This document shows positions 1-8,408 of a stretch of DNA of 32,000 nt, piece after piece. The DNA is from Candidatus Poseidoniaceae archaeon. Its GTDB lineage: Archaea; Thermoplasmatota; Poseidoniia; Poseidoniales; Poseidoniaceae. The stretch's first letter is position 1, and each line of letters opens with the position of its first letter. The position numbers and the translations under genes are program-made. The notes beneath the pieces are model-generated. The model had not been told where the DNA came from, did no database searches, and was given only the letters and a program-made list of their open reading frames with translations. The stretch is taken from positions 300,001 through 332,000 of the forward strand of contig CALSTM010000002.1 in NCBI GenBank assembly GCA_943789275.1. Reading direction: 5' to 3'.

Positions 1-1200
1 TCTGAACATCCGGAAGGATGGACTTTTGAGCAAGAAACGGAAATGAGAACAGAACTTGCCGAAAAGGGCATCCCAATATCACGAGCGCCTCTTGCTGCCT
101 CAATCGACGATGCTCTACGAGCAGGACAGAATGAAACGTCTACTGAGACACCACCCGCAATGGTCCAAAGCGCTCACGTGGTAGAAGCAGACGACCACAG
201 CTTAGAAACTGAAGCCTTACTGCTCGAATTAAACGCAAGGTCTGCTGAAATCGAAGCTGCTGGGCGTGACTACTTAGCAGTGAGCACAACCAGTGAAGTT
301 GACGACCTTGAAGCATTTATCGGTAGCCTATCGAGCCATGGATTTGCAGTTGAAAGCCCAGCAGTAAGGGACAGTATTCGAAATACACTGATGGAACTTG
401 AATTCCGTTCTCAAACTGAAAAAGATGCCGTCTTTTCAATGCCGAACTCATGGAGAGAAAGGGAAGCACTAAGGAACTTTGAACTCGGACGAGATGTCCT
501 TCGTGACCAATTGAACAACACACTTGCCTCTTCAAGCGGAGACTTGGTCAAAGCAAGGATGGCCTTTGAGCAAATTGGCCATAACATGGGATTAGATTTA
601 CGCATACCAAGCGTCTCAGGACGGCTCCACGCACTGTTTGACTTGCATGTGGAAATACATCAGGCTGAGGCATTGCAAGACCCTTCGATCGCCCGAAGAA
701 ACAGAATATTGCGGGTGTTGCAACATGGCGCAGTCCACTTTACCGATGGTGAGCGCAGAACAATCGACCGACTGGAACGTAATATCGCCGGATTCGAGGA
801 ATTGGTTGAAACGGTTCTTGAGTCGAGTGAAGGGACATTCTCCGAACCACAACAAGCGTTGGTCATTCGTTTCCTTGAGAACCGAGGCTATGAAGTCAAC
901 ACTGCTGACCTACGCCCTCGAATCCTTGCATGTGCTGGCATAATTGGTGCTGAATTAGGATTCATATCTCCTGCCGAAATCCCTCGCATCGCACCTGGCG
1001 TGATGATTTCCGACACGCAAGTCGATGCCATTGTCACAGAGTTGAAAGCATTAGCTGAAGCATTCAAACCGAAGTCCGATGAGCCTGCTGATGTAGAAGA
1101 GATACTAGCAGAATCTGTGAGTGATGCCTCGGAACGAGTCAATTCGGCTCGAGGGAAAATCGATGCAATCGATGAATTACTGGCTCGCCTTCGTGGCTAG
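1..1200 (+). CDS. Hypothetical acidic, predicted helical protein; probably 5'-partial
   Basis: Frame +1 is open from nt 1: SEHPEGWTFEQETE precedes the first ATG at 43. The stop is TAG at 1198-1200. The product is D/E/A/L-rich with no TM segment and no motif I recognise. It converges on the ATPase gene with a 2-nt gap. Confidence 0.55.
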   Translation, partial: SEHPEGWTFEQETEMRTELAEKGIPISRAPLAASIDDALRAGQNETSTETPPAMVQSAHVVEADDHSLETEALLLELNARSAEIEAAGRDYLAVSTTSEVDDLEAFIGSLSSHGFAVESPAVRDSIRNTLMELEFRSQTEKDAVFSMPNSWREREALRNFELGRDVLRDQLNNTLASSSGDLVKARMAFEQIGHNMGLDLRIPSVSGRLHALFDLHVEIHQAEALQDPSIARRNRILRVLQHGAVHFTDGERRTIDRLERNIAGFEELVETVLESSEGTFSEPQQALVIRFLENRGYEVNTADLRPRILACAGIIGAELGFISPAEIPRIAPGVMISDTQVDAIVTELKALAEAFKPKSDEPADVEEILAESVSDASERVNSARGKIDAIDELLARLRG

Positions 1201-1202
1201 TC

Positions 1203-2441
1203 TCAGCGTGATGCGTAGAAGTTTTGGATAACTTGCGTTACGGTCTGAATATCGTTAATATCTCGGCGTGCTAAATCTTCAATGATTGCTTGACGTTGTG
1301 AAACGTGCCGTTCAAAGACATCGGGAGAGACACCAGCTGCGGTGCAAATAATCTCACGAAGTTTCGAAGGAATGCCAGTCTCTTCGATTTGGTCGGTTGC
1401 TGCATTGTACTTCCAAATTATGTTCAATCGGGGCTTATCGCCTTCCATTCCTGCGATTTCAGCAACTTCAGTGATCTTACGAGCAGTCTTACCGTTGACG
1501 TGTAACCTTGCTTGGATGATAATCAAGTCCAGCCCACTCAGCATGATCGGTGGCACAAGCATTGGGGGGTTAATCATACGAGTTACGGTTTCTTGAGCCG
1601 TGTTTGCGTGAAGTGAGCCAAAAGAACCGTCGTGACCGGTATTCATTGCAGTGAGCAATGTAGCCGCTTCAGGACCACGAACTTCACCGACAATGATGCG
1701 GTCAGGTCGCATACGAAGGCTGGATTTGAGGCAGTCGTTCATGTCAACTTCCGGCGTTCCATCCGGACGTTCCCGCCGTGTTTCCATTCGCAACCAATGG
1801 TCATGGTAAACTTGCAATTCAGCAGTGTCTTCTACGGTAAGCAATCGACGGTGCCATGGGATGTACATACCAAGGCAATTGAGTGTAGTGGTTTTACCAG
1901 AACCTGTACCTCCAGCAATAACAAAGTTTGCTGGCCGGCTATCAAGTCCTTCAATCCAAACCCACATCATTGCAGCAAGTCGGGAGTTAACGGTGCCGAA
2001 CTTAACCAAGTCAATCATAGTGAGGGGGTCTTCCCTGAACTTACGAATCGTTAGAGTTGGACCATCTGGGGTCACCGGCGGAATGGTACCGTTGACACGG
2101 GAACCATCAGGAAGGCGGCCATCGAAGATTGGGACAAGACCCGGTCCGTCCCCAAGGGGAACGTTGGTGAATGCAGCGATGTTTTTGGCGATTTGAATAC
2201 CAGAATCGTCATCAATCCAAATGTTGGTTCGGCACATGCCATGGTCTCGATGTGCGATTTTTACGCACTGTGTGCCACCGTTGTACATCACTTCTTCAAG
2301 CGCATCATCTTCGAGCAATACTGCGAGATCACCGTATGGATTCGGTTCAGCTGAGCCATCGACATGGTAAATCGGAGAAGGGTGATTTTCTTCAGTGTAA
2401 ATGGTTACTCGACCGTATTGTGCTAGTACTTGTTCACTCAT
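1203..2441 (-). CDS. Type IV filament assembly ATPase, archaeal PilB/FlaI (T2SSE) family
   Basis: Motifs present: Walker A AGGTGSGKTTTLN, Asp box LLTVEDTAEL, RMRPDRIIVGEVRGPEA, His box AMNTGHDGSFGSLHA, and TIRKF typical of archaeal FlaI/PilB. The ATG at 2441 is preceded by GGAGG (2450-2454, 8-nt spacer). The track start at 2456 is a TTG and is probably not used. Confidence 0.9.
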   Translation of the reverse strand: MSEQVLAQYGRVTIYTEENHPSPIYHVDGSAEPNPYGDLAVLLEDDALEEVMYNGGTQCVKIAHRDHGMCRTNIWIDDDSGIQIAKNIAAFTNVPLGDGPGLVPIFDGRLPDGSRVNGTIPPVTPDGPTLTIRKFREDPLTMIDLVKFGTVNSRLAAMMWVWIEGLDSRPANFVIAGGTGSGKTTTLNCLGMYIPWHRRLLTVEDTAELQVYHDHWLRMETRRERPDGTPEVDMNDCLKSSLRMRPDRIIVGEVRGPEAATLLTAMNTGHDGSFGSLHANTAQETVTRMINPPMLVPPIMLSGLDLIIIQARLHVNGKTARKITEVAEIAGMEGDKPRLNIIWKYNAATDQIEETGIPSKLREIICTAAGVSPDVFERHVSQRQAIIEDLARRDINDIQTVTQVIQNFYASR

Positions 2442-2445
2442 ATTT

Positions 2446-3177
2446 TCATCCTCCAATCATCATAACTGCGCCAAGATAGAGCAGCATTGAAACTGCAATC
2501 CATCCCGGCATCCACCAGAGCACATCTTTGAAACGGCCCATCATTCGCCCGGAAACTCCTACTGCAATTGCAGATGCTCCACCAAAGAAATAAGAGAAAG
2601 TGGCGTTAAATGAGTCAATTTGGAAACCTTTGCTTGCAGGAGCAAAGAGTCCTACAATAACGGCAATAATGAGCGGAAGACCAATACTGATGAACATCAC
2701 AATGAGAAGACCTCGACCTGAAAGTTCCTGTTCTCGTGTATTCATCAAATCGTTCAGTCGTTCATAGTCCATCGCAAGGTCGGAAAGGATTCCTTGGAGG
2801 GGTGAATCTTGTTCGATTGCAGTTTCGATGAGCACCATGACTCGCTGAACTTGTGAAGAGCGAGTCTTCGCCGAAAAAGCGGCAAGAGCGGCATCAAAAG
2901 AGGAAGAGTGGCTTTCTTCCAGTGTCTCTTTGAGGAGTTTTCCTAAGACGCCTGGCAGATTTTTTGATTGTTCCATCATCGCCTCTTGAATGCCTCGCCC
3001 AGCACCGACTGAATCAGAAAGTGATTCCAAGAGAGCAGGCAAGGCATTCTCTATAGAACGGCGGCGGCGCCTTTCTATCATTGGCGGTAAGCCGCCTGCA
3101 GCACTGGCCACTCCAATCACAATCAAAACGAGTAACAACAAATTATCGTTAAATGTTTCAAGAAGACCGAAGAGCAT
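2446..3177 (-). CDS. Membrane platform protein with a single T2SSF-like domain (TadC/FlaJ half)
   Basis: It has an N-terminal TM (LLLLVLIVIGVASAAGGL). A cytoplasmic helical domain follows (ENALPALLESLSDSVGAGRGIQEAM...RVMVLIETAIEQDSPL), then 3 C-terminal TM helices. This is the T2SSF-like pattern. Its stop lies 4 nt before the ATPase ATG. The ATG is at 3177; the track start at 3180 is a TTG. Confidence 0.7.
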   Translation of the reverse strand: MLFGLLETFNDNLLLLVLIVIGVASAAGGLPPMIERRRRRSIENALPALLESLSDSVGAGRGIQEAMMEQSKNLPGVLGKLLKETLEESHSSSFDAALAAFSAKTRSSQVQRVMVLIETAIEQDSPLQGILSDLAMDYERLNDLMNTREQELSGRGLLIVMFISIGLPLIIAVIVGLFAPASKGFQIDSFNATFSYFFGGASAIAVGVSGRMMGRFKDVLWWMPGWIAVSMLLYLGAVMMIGG

Positions 3178-3181
3178 CAAA

Positions 3182-3763
3182 TCACAACCCAGGATCCTTA
3201 GTATGAGCCTTTAACCCAATCATAAACATGCCAACAAGAGTCAAAATCAGCCCTACATTGACTACCGTATTGATGGTCGAAGTTGGTGGAAGTTGCATGA
3301 ATGCTCCAAGATCACCTGACATTAATTGAGGGATAAGACCCGCAATCGCAAGAATAATTGGACCAATCATAGCAATTGAGAGGAGTGTTTCCGGAACTGC
3401 ACCAAGTTCCTCAATGTACTTTTTGACTGATTCGGTTCGTTCATTCTCCATTCGAGACCCTTGTTTGCGTAGAGTTTCAATGATGTCGGTGTTCTGTGTG
3501 ACGTTCGTGTACATGGTATTGAGAAGTCGTGTGTAACCATCGGAATCGGCTTTATTCATCAGGGATTTGAGTTCAGGGCCAAGACCGCGACTGTTTCCTT
3601 TGCGAAGGCGTGCCATCATCGATGAGAAGTCTTCCGAAATGATGCCATAGCCTCCACTACCAATGGTGTGGATCGCTGCTTCAAGACCAACACCGGAGGA
3701 CATCAACACATCGAGTGTACGGATGACATAGAGTACCTCTCTTTGCTCATCCAGTTTACGCAT
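3182..3763 (-). CDS. Membrane platform protein with a single T2SSF-like domain (TadB/FlaJ half)
   Basis: A cytoplasmic helical domain (VLYVIRTLDVLMSSGVGLEAAIHTIG...YTRLLNTMYTNVTQNTDIIETL) is followed by 2 TM helices. The ATG at 3763 is preceded by GAGGTGA, which overlaps the stop of the upstream gene. Confidence 0.7.
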   Translation of the reverse strand: MRKLDEQREVLYVIRTLDVLMSSGVGLEAAIHTIGSGGYGIISEDFSSMMARLRKGNSRGLGPELKSLMNKADSDGYTRLLNTMYTNVTQNTDIIETLRKQGSRMENERTESVKKYIEELGAVPETLLSIAMIGPIILAIAGLIPQLMSGDLGAFMQLPPTSTINTVVNVGLILTLVGMFMIGLKAHTKDPGL

Positions 3764-3772
3764 GTATTCACC

Positions 3773-4126
3773 TCAAACAATGTCTTCGAGTAATTCAAAC
3801 GTGAACATCTTGTTCGAACTTTCATATTCCATCGAAGCGAAAATCACTTTCACGTCACGTTCTTCAAAAGGGTCGTGAATGAACGGTTGCCCGGATCGGA
3901 ACATGCCAAGAATTCTCTTGTAGTCGTCGATAGAAAGTTCTCCAGTAACCGTATATGCAGTTGATTCAGAACCTTCATCATGAAGGTCGTCCCCTTCTTC
4001 TCCTCGGATGATGGTTCGTGTCAAGCGTCGCGTGAGACGGACTTTCATATCACAATTGGGAATTCTTACCCAATCTGCACTTGTTGTTCCTGATGCTGGG
4101 CGAATAAAGAAATCCATACCTGCCAT
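3773..4126 (-). CDS. Hypothetical small soluble protein (117 aa), translationally coupled to the platform genes
   Basis: The track ORF starts at a TTG (4159). The ATG at 4126 (MAGMDFF...) has AGAGGT 6 nt upstream. There is no TM segment and no signal or class III (pilin) signal peptide. I do not recognise the family. Confidence 0.55.
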   Translation of the reverse strand: MAGMDFFIRPASGTTSADWVRIPNCDMKVRLTRRLTRTIIRGEEGDDLHDEGSESTAYTVTGELSIDDYKRILGMFRSGQPFIHDPFEERDVKVIFASMEYESSNKMFTFELLEDIV

Positions 4127-4186
4127 ACGCTGACCTCTAAACAACCCACACCATCGCAAGGTATTGAATGTTGGGGGGAATGAAGG

Positions 4187-5134
4187 TTAGCCTACAATTC
4201 TAAACCAACCAAACCTGGGTTCATGTAATGTCCCTTCATTGGAGAGTTCATCCAGCTTTTCCTCAGCAAGTCCACGATCAAAACCTCGTGCAACTGCATT
4301 GGTAAGGACCGTCTCAAAGTCGACACCATCGCCTTGGTCCAGTTGTTCAATAATGGATACCAGTGTATCTTTGACTTCACTCTCACCTGAATCTGTACCG
4401 GTTGATTCGGCATCATCAGATTCAGTTGGTGTCGGGGCTGCGACCGGTTGGCTTGCCGCATCCATCCGACCTTCTGCGATATCCAATGCTTGCATGACAT
4501 TGAGCGTGTAGGTTTCGACATCGATATCACCGTAATGATTTCGTGAAACCAGAAGGCCGTCGATCATGTGTTCTGGAATTCCGGCAGCAACCAAACCCTC
4601 TCGTGTCGGTTCAGCAGCCAGAGAATCGGAGTAATGCTTCATTCGTTGCAGTGTGTCTTCAGATGCCCGAGTAAGCCACAATGCATAGCGTTGAGCGTCA
4701 ATTTCACAAGCCTCTTCGGGTCGCAAAGACGTGTAAACAGCGCCTTCATCGGTTTGGTACCAACGTGATTTGGCAACCATGAGAAGAAGAACGGGTTCAC
4801 CAACTTCGGTTTTCTCAACCAGACTCAGCGTAAGTTCCCTCATTGATTCGCTAGCATAATCTCCAACTGAGAAATAGTGGACACCTGAAGGGTCTCTCAT
4901 TTGCCCTTGGTAAAGGGTAGAACCGTTCGATGTTTCGCGAACTTCAAGACGTTCCAGTAGGCCTGCCACGACGACTCGGTTGACTTTGGCTCCAAGTTTG
5001 GTAATAACAAATGATGGGTCGTATTCTCCAGAGCCTTTCTCATTGAGCGTTGCTTCACTGAATTCTGATGCAAGCATGTGCCATGCTGATTGTCGTTTTG
5101 CACGTGTTCCTGATTGCATCATACCACCTTCCAT
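4187..5134 (-). CDS. rpap: Rpa-associated protein (COG3390, RPA32-like): OB fold plus C-terminal winged-helix-like domain
   Basis: N-terminal pattern RQSAWHMLASEFSEATL...FVITKLGAKVNRVVVAGLL...RDPSG...LRPEE...RYALWL matches the halobacterial/euryarchaeal Rpap family as I recall it. An acidic linker is followed by a C-terminal globular domain. The start overlaps the RPA stop (ATG at 5134, or the ATGA overlap at 5122). Confidence 0.7.
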   Translation of the reverse strand: MEGGMMQSGTRAKRQSAWHMLASEFSEATLNEKGSGEYDPSFVITKLGAKVNRVVVAGLLERLEVRETSNGSTLYQGQMRDPSGVHYFSVGDYASESMRELTLSLVEKTEVGEPVLLLMVAKSRWYQTDEGAVYTSLRPEEACEIDAQRYALWLTRASEDTLQRMKHYSDSLAAEPTREGLVAAGIPEHMIDGLLVSRNHYGDIDVETYTLNVMQALDIAEGRMDAASQPVAAPTPTESDDAESTGTDSGESEVKDTLVSIIEQLDQGDGVDFETVLTNAVARGFDRGLAEEKLDELSNEGTLHEPRFGWFRIVG

Positions 5135-6811
5135 TGAGCACGGATTTCAGTCGCCCTCAATCCCGCATCTTCTTCGACCATTGCAGCATGGTCAGCCAAC
5201 ATCATTGCACCTTGTTCATCGACGATTGTTCGTCCGGAGGCATTGATTGTTTTGCCAAGCATTTTGCCCCGCAACGATTGAACGAATGCGACTTGTCCCA
5301 AATCGTTCACGGTGTCTTGAAGTTCGGTTTCAGTCATCCCGAGAAGGCTAAGCGTCGCATCTTTATTTGTCAAAAGAGAAACACTGGAACGTCCATCGTC
5401 AATCGCTAACCGTAGTCGGATATCGGTATTTCCATCGTTCGGGCCATGCTCCGCACAAGCACCATCTCGAAGCACTCTTCGGCATTCAGTGCATCTTTGG
5501 ATGAAACCCGAATCTTCTCGAACACTGACGACCGTAGCTGTGGTGGAAACACCAACTCTACTGGCTCCAGTTGAAAGTTCAAACAATTCTACCTCTGCCG
5601 TGTGGTTTGTCAAATCCAATTCACTGTCCCACGGGGGGGCATCGAGGAATTCGACCTGGTCTGCATTGTCGACAGTAATATCTGGGATTCCTTGCCAAGC
5701 ACGGACTCGAACGCCTTTGAGGCGAACGGTGAGTGGGAAGTTTGTCTTCCGTGATTGGTAATTCGCTCCAAGCACTCATTCTGCAGCGACCGGTCGGGTC
5801 GGCAATTTGGCCAGACCAAAGGAACCGTTCTTCGCCATCACGAGTGAATGAACGCTTGGTCCATTCCGTAATTTGGACGACTGCATCAACATCACGAGCA
5901 CCGTCACGAAGTTCTGAAAGCGTTAGCACAGTTTGTTGAGACAAGGTGTCTGCATCCGAGAAGTTCTTGTCGTGATAAATCTCGATTTTGGTCGTACGTC
6001 CAAAGTTGAGTTCAGGCGTATCCCTGAAAGTCCGGACTTGAGCGCCTTCAATTTTTAGAAGCGTTCCTACTTCGTGTTCAAGCGGCTCCCATGAAAGGAA
6101 ACCAATGGTTCCTGATTCATCTGCAAGCCTTCCTCGCACGATATCAATCGAACCTGAGCCATCCTTTCGATGGATTTGGTCTGGTCGTGATGCAAGAATT
6201 CGTCCGACAACACAAACATAGCCGTCTGAAGGTAGAGACCCAATATCTTGAGGTTCACCGGGGGCTGTAATTGGACGGGTTCCTTCCCGGACAACCGCAA
6301 TACGTGTCGATTGGTTGATGTTTAGCGACATTTTTCCTTGGTATTCGTTGACCGAAGCGCCTTCGATTCGAACGACAGAACCGGGGGTTATGTTTGAATT
6401 GGGTCCCCAGTCTTTGTACTCCCAACGGTTTTTTTGTCCGTTCTCTTCCCACGGATTATCTTCGAGCAAACCAAAAGCAATCTGTTTTTGTTCTCCACGA
6501 ATGGTCTGATCACGAATGTTGTGAGATATGATTTCGACTTCAATTTCGATGTCCTTGTCATCACCTTTGAGCTCGCTGAGACTGCTCACTTTACGAGTGG
6601 TCCTTGGAGCAGAGGATGAACCGCCGGAAGAGCCAGAGGGTGCAGGGGTTTTGTCACCCTTGAACCGCCGTAGAATCGACCGCATAGCGTCTTGAGGGGG
6701 AATGAAGAATTCCGTCTCGTACTTTTCGAATGCTGCAGCGACTTCTTCAGGGTCTGCATCGGGGCACTCAGAAAGAATCGACTTCACATGAGTTTCGTAT
6801 TTCTCAGACAT
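5119..6811 (-). CDS. rpa: Replication protein A (multi-OB-fold ssDNA-binding protein with zinc finger), interrupted by a 1-nt frameshift
   Basis: Two overlapping ORFs (5621..6943 and 5119..5775) join into one 563-aa protein if one G of GGG 5735-5737 is removed. The architecture is an N-terminal helical domain, a Ser/Gly linker, then four OB-like units. The last unit carries CTECRRVLRDGACAEHG. The ATG at 6811 (MSEKYE) has AGAGGT upstream. Confidence 0.85.
5735..5737 (-). other. Frameshift site in rpa (CCC on the coding strand)
   Basis: Frame A reads ...WSELPITEDKLP then R/P/C-rich text to a stop at 5621. The +1 frame reads PLTVRLKGVRVRAWQGIPDITV, an OB-fold strand pattern. Deleting one C from CTT CCC ACT gives DKLPLTVRLKG. 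Confidence 0.6.
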
Positions 6812-7002
6812 CGTCAAGACCTCTGCCTGATGTGTTCGTTCGATGCCTGTACGGAGAACAGGCTGCGGGCTTTCGTGCGTTTTGGTTGAGACTGTACACT
6901 CCCTTGACCTCCATGGAGAACTCAAGGAACGACGACAGACCATAAAGAATGCCGTGACGATTTGTCCTTTTGGACGAACATCGAATCAAGTCACTGAACA
7001 AC

Positions 7003-8406
7003 TTAGGCGGGGTTAATTCGCAAACCTTGCATCAACAACACATCCGGAAGATGCATGGCGCCGGAAGAATAGGACCCTTGCACGCGAACGTCGTCACCGA
7101 GATAGACCTCTTCAGAAAGCGCCTTTGCTAAATTACCCGACAATCCTGCTTGCTTCACAGGGCCAAGTATTTCTCCGCCTTCGACTCGCAGCAAAGTGCT
7201 TGAAGTGACAGAAAAATCACCGCTTGTTGGGTTGGCAGTATGCGCACCCATTACGCTGTGAACGATATATCCGTCTTCCATTCGTTCCAAAAGGGCATCT
7301 TGAGAAGAACCCGTGCGGGTTGAAGTCATGTGCAAGTCGGAACATCCGGTGTAAGGTGGACTTTGGTGGCCGCCACGGACGGCACAGCCGTTGGTTTGAG
7401 CGTGTTCGATACGACCCTCTGCGACTTGTTGTGCGGCATCGCGAGTCGACCACAGAGAGCCAATCAGCCGACCGTTCTCAACCAGAGTTTGCCGTCGAGT
7501 GGGGACGCCTTCTCCATCACGTGCTGAGGCCGATTTACCACCTTCCATACGCCCATCATCGATGAGAGAAAGGTCGTTCGCAAGAACCATTTCTCCTTGT
7601 TTTCCTGACCAAAACGATTCACTACGAACCAAACGATCTCCACGTACTGCTGAAGGTACAACCATTGAGAATAAAGGAGAGAAACCTTCACTGGTCATCA
7701 AAACTGGAGTGTCATGAGCCTCGGTGTTGACTTCAATTGGGCCGCGGGTTTTCTGAGCCCAGTCCACTGCGACTGCGACGCAATCCGGGACCTGCTCGAG
7801 TCGCTTGCGACTTGAATCACCCTCGTAGGAACTGGTAAGTTCGTCGTTGGCATCAATGGAAACTTGAACGCCGATTCCATGAGATGTGGTTACGCCACTG
7901 GATTCGATGCCTTCGCTGGTGTAGATTGCGCCAGCACTTGCACCAACGCCTAGGCCACCACCGGTCACGACTGCTCGTTGGTCCAAAGAAGCAACTTCGC
8001 TGAGAACTGCATCTGCTTGTTCAAGTAAATCTTCGGGCCCGATGTTGAGAATATTGGTGTCAAAGAGTCCTCCAACTTTCTCTGCTGGTTGCTCGCTTGG
8101 AAGAACAAAACCGGCCACGGATGGAGAGGCTTTGGCTATATCTCTCGCCTGTTTGAGAGCATATTCTGCGGAAGAAAGGTCGACAAGGTAGGCATATCCA
8201 AATCTTCCATCTTCGACCACTCGAACACCGTATCCACCTTCACCACCGCCTGCGGCAAGAGAAATTTTACCCGCTTCGATATCGATGCTGTGCCCGTAGG
8301 ACTGCGTTGCAACGACTTCCCATTGTTCAATTCCTTGAGACTTACAAAGAGCACCGATTTGACGGCATCCTTCAGCAATTCGATCGACCGCGTCATCTGG
8401 AAGCAT
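7003..8406 (-). CDS. pmbA: PmbA/TldE metalloprotease partner subunit
   Basis: 467 aa. It has the family pattern (GYGVRV, MGAHTANPTSGDFSV, C-terminal GxxxxxPxxL) and lacks HExxxH. It lies 2 nt downstream of tldD. Confidence 0.85.
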   Translation of the reverse strand: MLPDDAVDRIAEGCRQIGALCKSQGIEQWEVVATQSYGHSIDIEAGKISLAAGGGEGGYGVRVVEDGRFGYAYLVDLSSAEYALKQARDIAKASPSVAGFVLPSEQPAEKVGGLFDTNILNIGPEDLLEQADAVLSEVASLDQRAVVTGGGLGVGASAGAIYTSEGIESSGVTTSHGIGVQVSIDANDELTSSYEGDSSRKRLEQVPDCVAVAVDWAQKTRGPIEVNTEAHDTPVLMTSEGFSPLFSMVVPSAVRGDRLVRSESFWSGKQGEMVLANDLSLIDDGRMEGGKSASARDGEGVPTRRQTLVENGRLIGSLWSTRDAAQQVAEGRIEHAQTNGCAVRGGHQSPPYTGCSDLHMTSTRTGSSQDALLERMEDGYIVHSVMGAHTANPTSGDFSVTSSTLLRVEGGEILGPVKQAGLSGNLAKALSEEVYLGDDVRVQGSYSSGAMHLPDVLLMQGLRINPA

Positions 8407-8408
8407 GC

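Noticed and set aside
6812-6943. A 44-aa N-terminal extension of the rpa ORF (MVCRRSLSSPWRSREC...).
   Set aside because: The composition is Arg/Ser/Cys-rich and not protein-like. A good AGAGGT-ATG start at 6811 begins a plausible helical N-domain (MSEKYETHVKSIL). The region more likely holds the rpa promoter and 5'UTR.
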